From: a bacterium | GTDB taxonomy: Bacteria; Caldisericota; Caldisericia; Cryosericales; Cryosericaceae | Direction: 5' to 3' | Length of the DNA: 18,133 bases | Assembly (NCBI GenBank): GCA_021373025.1 | Contig: JAJFTL010000036.1 | Span: 1 to 18,133, forward strand | Shown: positions 14,953-18,133 of the stretch, one piece after another | How the letters are laid out: each line of letters begins with the position of its first letter | Numbering within the stretch: the stretch's first letter is position 1 | Program-made: the position numbers and the translations under genes | The notes under the pieces: model-generated | Databases searched by the model: none | Told to the model about the DNA's origin: nothing | Seen by the model: the letters and a program-made list of their open reading frames with translations, nothing else

Positions 14953-16422
14953 TCACATAGAGAAGATAAGCGTCTTCACTGAAAGAGAGACAAGACGATC
15001 TCCTAGCATCGATTGACCAATGTCAATGTAATCCCCTTCTGTCAGAGTGACTTCATCAATCGAGAGCACCTTGAACTGGGGTAGCCCGGCACTTACGACC
15101 TGTCCCAATGCTTTGCCCAGGTCGCGCTCAGTCACCAGAATCAGTGGGATACTCGGCGAAATGTACTTGGTGGCAAACGATTCTATACCGTGTGCCAGCT
15201 TCTTCAGGTCGTCATAGCTGCCCACTGCCAACAAGTCAAGAGCGAGAGCTACTCGATCCTTTGTGGGATCGAGATCCCAGCGATTATAGCCATCCATAAT
15301 CGATTTTTCAAGCACCTGTTCGTCGGGGATGCCATCGAATATTGGACGGATAACTGGGACATTGCGCATGGGTAGCTCCTTTGGAGCAACCCATATGGTC
15401 ATGCCACTCAACGTGATTGTCTCGTGGCTAGCGCCCATGACGGTCGCACGCTCAGTGTGAACAGGCTTGAGTACTGTCCACTCCTTGACGCGCGGGTGAT
15501 TCCGTAATTCCTCGCCCATGAGAGGTCCGATGTCACCGTAGACAGCGACATCCTGGATGGTTCTGATGGGGTTGCTATCGTAGTAGAAGTCCGCGACTCC
15601 GCCCGAGAAGAAGATCGTCGTACCGGCAACAGACCGGGATAATGGAGTGGTTTCCATCAGATCACGGGCCATCCGTGACACATTGGCGGACAAGACTTCG
15701 ACGATCAGGTCCACCATGAGATGTGCAACCTTGCGAAGAACATCTACTGTAGCAACATCACCAACCTTGAGCTCGATGCCAAGATGGTTCAGCATCTTCT
15801 CACCACTCTTGGTGATATGCTTGACGGTTCCCGTCGCCTGGTCTACCTGGATATGGCGTCCTCCGACCGAGAGGACGACCGTGTCCACAAGGTCTCCCTG
15901 CCGGAACACTGCGATGTTCGTCGTACCACCGCCGATATCGACGTTGGTTGCCCACGCAAAGTGCTCAGAAGACCATGCAGCTGCTCCGGAACCACGGCCA
16001 GCCAGGTGGGCCTCCAGACTGGGGCCAGCGACGGTCGACACAAAGTCTCCTGCGAGCGGAGCCACGATATTGAGCACGCGCTCAGCATTCTGGCTCTTGG
16101 CGGCTTCCCCTGTGATGATGACTGCACCTGTATCGATCTGATCGGGCGTAAAACCCGCTTCCTTGTAGTCAGCAGTCAAGATCTTCTCCAGTTCATCAAC
16201 GTCCACCAGTCCGTTGGGATCAATGGGCGTAAAGTGCACGGGGCTCTGATAGAGGACGTCCTTCTTGGCAACATCCGCTCTCGGTTTGCGTGCAGGGCCA
16301 TACCTTGCCTGCGGCATCGAGCTGAGGGTCGCCGTCTCCGCAACGAGCAATTTCGAGATAACGATCTGTGTCGTCGTTGTCCCTATGTCCACTCCAACAC
16401 TGATGAGTTCAACTGATGCCAT
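14953..16422 (-). CDS. eutA: EutA ethanolamine ammonia-lyase reactivase
   Basis: About 489 aa. Two ASKHA-type ATPase motifs are present (VGVDIGTTTTQIV and NVDIGGGTTNIAVF). Overall it resembles EutA. The start is re-assigned to the ATG at 16422 (MASVELISVG), which is preceded by GAGAGGTG. The ORF track extends to 16488. Confidence 0.85.
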   Translation of the reverse strand: MASVELISVGVDIGTTTTQIVISKLLVAETATLSSMPQARYGPARKPRADVAKKDVLYQSPVHFTPIDPNGLVDVDELEKILTADYKEAGFTPDQIDTGAVIITGEAAKSQNAERVLNIVAPLAGDFVSTVAGPSLEAHLAGRGSGAAAWSSEHFAWATNVDIGGGTTNIAVFRQGDLVDTVVLSVGGRHIQVDQATGTVKHITKSGEKMLNHLGIELKVGDVATVDVLRKVAHLMVDLIVEVLSANVSRMARDLMETTPLSRSVAGTTIFFSGGVADFYYDSNPIRTIQDVAVYGDIGPLMGEELRNHPRVKEWTVLKPVHTERATVMGASHETITLSGMTIWVAPKELPMRNVPVIRPIFDGIPDEQVLEKSIMDGYNRWDLDPTKDRVALALDLLAVGSYDDLKKLAHGIESFATKYISPSIPLILVTERDLGKALGQVVSAGLPQFKVLSIDEVTLTEGDYIDIGQSMLGDRLVSLSVKTLIFSM

Positions 16423-16435
16423 GAATACACCTCTC

Positions 16436-17233
16436 TTACTTTTCTGCTTTGTGATTGTTCTTTCTTGCAGCATCGTTTTTGTCAACAAACAGATATGCCT
16501 TCAGTGACGTAACCAATGCCTTCTTTGCCCCCTGCACTTTCTTGAGTTCCTCGACTGAACCGAATGGTCCCTGCTGCTCACGAAACTCGACAATGCGCTC
16601 CGCAAGTGCAGGACCCACACCGGGCAAGGCATCAAGCTGACTTGCTGTTGCCGTGTTCAGATTGACTCGCTTTCCCGGGGTCCTGGACACCGGCTGTTGC
16701 GCAGCAAGAGAGAAGTCCGCGTGAGCGGGCTGGATGGGCGATCGTATAGGAGCGGTTTCCCCTGCGGGCACTGTGCTCACCTTCTGTTCCGCAGGAATCG
16801 CGGCTTCTTCTGCTGAAGCTGTCAATGCCTGTGCGCCGGGCTCAGCAGGCGTTTTGACCGAAGGTGACGCATCCATGCTTCCGGGTACCGGAGTCGTGCC
16901 GGGTGCAGGACTCGCTCCCTCGCCAACGGGGAGTCCAAGGTTCCTGTTCATCGCATCGACGATCATATCAATGTCGCGATCTGGACGTGGAATGACGTGA
17001 ATGGACACCAATTCCCCCACCCGCTGCGCAGCGGCTGCCCCTGCATCCGTGGCTGCCTTCACTGCTCCAACATCGCCACGAACAGCAACCGTCACCAGGC
17101 CGTCTCCAGAGTATCCCTTCCCGACAAGCCGCACATTGGCGGACTTGACCATGGCATCTGCCGCCTCAATGGCACCAATAAGCCCCCTGGTCTCAATCAA
17201 CCCCAACGCAACAAGCTTTTCGCTGTCAGGCAT
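16436..17233 (-). CDS. BMC-H shell domain fused by a long P/A/S/T-rich linker to a C-terminal ComEA-like helix-hairpin-helix domain
   Basis: Residues 1 to about 90 form a canonical BMC domain ([32 protein letters not shown]...[13 protein letters not shown]), about 80% identical to the eutM product. An approximately 90-residue low-complexity linker follows. Residues from about 185 read [55 protein letters not shown]. This matches the ComEA C-terminal HhH repeat region (INLNTA..EL..LPGIGP..A..I..YRE.NG.F.S.EDL..V.GIG...L..L). The second HhH lacks the GIG motif. Confidence 0.8.
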   Translation of the reverse strand: MPDSEKLVALGLIETRGLIGAIEAADAMVKSANVRLVGKGYSGDGLVTVAVRGDVGAVKAATDAGAAAAQRVGELVSIHVIPRPDRDIDMIVDAMNRNLGLPVGEGASPAPGTTPVPGSMDASPSVKTPAEPGAQALTASAEEAAIPAEQKVSTVPAGETAPIRSPIQPAHADFSLAAQQPVSRTPGKRVNLNTATASQLDALPGVGPALAERIVEFREQQGPFGSVEELKKVQGAKKALVTSLKAYLFVDKNDAARKNNHKAEK

Positions 17234-17271
17234 GGTACCCCATCCTCAGCCTACCGTTCAGTAGAGCCCGG

Positions 17272-17565
17272 TCATGACTTGTTGAAGGTATCGTGGCCAT
17301 CAACTTCCAGGGAATCAAGGATACCGACGATCGTGGCATCGGCAGGAGCCTGGTCTGTGAGATCCGTTTGTCTGCCCGCGCTGCCGAGAGCTACGAGGAC
17401 AAGTTCTCCCTCGCCAGCGCCTACGGCGTCAACGGCAACGATCGGGTTGCCCTCCAGCAGTTCATTCCGTACCGTCGCCTGTTGAACGATCAAGAGCTTG
17501 CGGGCCGAAAGTTTCCCGGCCTTGATCGTTGAGACTGCCGAGCCAACAACGCGAGCAATGATCAT
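17272..17565 (-). CDS. eutN: EutN/PduN/CcmL-family BMC-P pentameric vertex protein
   Basis: 97 aa. MIIARVVGSAVSTIKAGKLSARKLLIVQQ...IVAVDAVGAGEGELVLVALGSAGRQ matches the EutN/CcmL fold signature (M-x-I-A-x-V-x-G-x-V-x-S-T-x-K...D-x-x-G-A-G-x-G-E-x-V-L-V). An SD GGGAGGA lies 8 nt upstream. Confidence 0.8.
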   Translation of the reverse strand: MIIARVVGSAVSTIKAGKLSARKLLIVQQATVRNELLEGNPIVAVDAVGAGEGELVLVALGSAGRQTDLTDQAPADATIVGILDSLEVDGHDTFNKS

Positions 17566-17875
17566 GATTTCAATCCTCCCAATACACCAAGTTCATACAT
17601 CCAGGTTCGCCAATCCCGTCCTTGGGTTGTCGTGTCAATCACACGAGTTCCCAGCGCATCATATCCTCGGTGCAAACAGAAGCATTCTGAAAACGCAAAC
17701 TCAAGGTTCGCAATCTGTGGGCTTTCCCCACTCCAAGAATCGCCCTTCCGTGAGCAGTCTACACTGAAACTCTCATTGTGTCAACACTACGCATCGACAC
17801 CGCCACGTTAGCAGCGAATCTGCGTACAACTGCTGTGATTTGCTCTCATCCATCAGGTGCTTGGAGTGGCGATCA

Positions 17876-18133
17876 TCACCACACGCTGGCCTGTTTGCCG
17901 GACAAGGATCCCAGTTTCGGTTGATTTCCCTCAAGCAGTTCCTGCACGGTCTCCTCGTTCCTGGGTGCTTCGCGTACCCCACCGTTGGCGACGACATAGA
18001 GCCGGTCCGGCAGCATCCGTATGGTCTCCAGATTGTGCGTCGACAGTACGACTGATTTGCGCCTGGCTGTAGCCCAGGAGATCATGCCATGCAGTTCCCG
18101 CAGGCTGGGGAGGTCCAGGTGCAGCTCGGGCTC
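17876..18133 (-). CDS. ABC-transporter ATP-binding protein, C-terminal part (the 5' end lies beyond the window edge)
   Basis: The frame runs open to the window end: ...EPELHLDLPSLRELHGMISWATARRKSVVLSTHNLETIRMLPDRLYVVANGGVRE.... The Walker-B DEP, D-loop LD and H-loop STHN spacing is typical of ABC ATPases. The stop is the TGA at 17876-17878. Confidence 0.5.
   Translation of the reverse strand, partial: EPELHLDLPSLRELHGMISWATARRKSVVLSTHNLETIRMLPDRLYVVANGGVREAPRNEETVQELLEGNQPKLGSLSGKQASVW

Noticed and set aside
17566-17875. Possible adenosylcobalamin riboswitch in the eutN leader (GCCACTCC, GGGAAAGCC and GGAAGGGCG fragments noticed)
   Set aside because: The fragments are not in the order or spacing of the cobalamin riboswitch core (GCCACTG...GGGAAGG...B12 box). 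No AGTCAGGAGACC-like B12 box is present. This cannot be called without a covariance-model scan.
17773-17997. 74-aa minus-strand ORF bridging the ABC-gene 3' end and the leader
   Set aside because: It overlaps the ABC ATPase reading frame in a different frame and has a Cys/Arg-rich composition with no motifs. It is likely spurious.
1-18133. Search for mobile elements, CRISPR repeats, tRNA or rRNA
   Set aside because: No regularly spaced short direct repeats, no transposase or integrase-like ORFs, no terminal inverted repeats and no tRNA-like cloverleaf candidates were seen. The window is densely protein-coding on one strand.

Overview
The window is almost entirely one long minus-strand operon (about 17.3 kb, 17565 down to 241) encoding an ethanolamine-utilisation (EUT-type) bacterial microcompartment (BMC). 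The calls rest on recognisable protein motifs in the six-frame translations. No search was run.

Gene order on the minus strand:
- eutN (BMC-P vertex protein)
- a BMC-H shell protein fused to a ComEA-like helix-hairpin-helix domain
- eutA (reactivase)
- eutB2 and eutC2 (ethanolamine ammonia-lyase pair)
- eutL (BMC-T)
- eutE (acylating aldehyde dehydrogenase with a C-terminal encapsulation-peptide-like helix)
- eutH (permease)
- a BMC-H shell protein (EutM/PduA-like)
- eutQ (cupin)
- a signal-peptide-bearing HAD-superfamily hydrolase
- a second, more divergent eutB1 and eutC1 pair
- a 67-aa ORF carrying an EutQ N-terminal-like motif
- a PduO-type corrinoid adenosyltransferase
- eutJ
- a PduT-like Fe-S BMC-T shell protein
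- a PduS-like cobalamin reductase

Flanks:
- At the low-coordinate end there is a convergent 3' fragment of a pyridine-nucleotide-disulfide oxidoreductase (plus strand, 1..178).
- At the high-coordinate end there is the 3' end of an ABC-transporter ATPase gene.

Genes are tightly packed. Two junctions are ATGA overlaps and several gaps are 12 to 15 nt, consistent with translational coupling. The larger intercistronic gaps each contain a GC-rich stem-loop without a U-tract.

Most notable points:
- the shell protein fused to a DNA-uptake-type HhH domain
- two paralogous EutBC pairs served by a single EutA
- a secreted HAD hydrolase embedded in the locus
- a stand-alone EutQ-N-like mini-protein
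- a tandem duplication of the eutB1 ribosome-binding site and start region that creates a 9-codon leader ORF
- no alcohol dehydrogenase or phosphotransacylase in the operon, although PduS and PduT are present

No rRNA, tRNA, CRISPR array or IS element was recognised.
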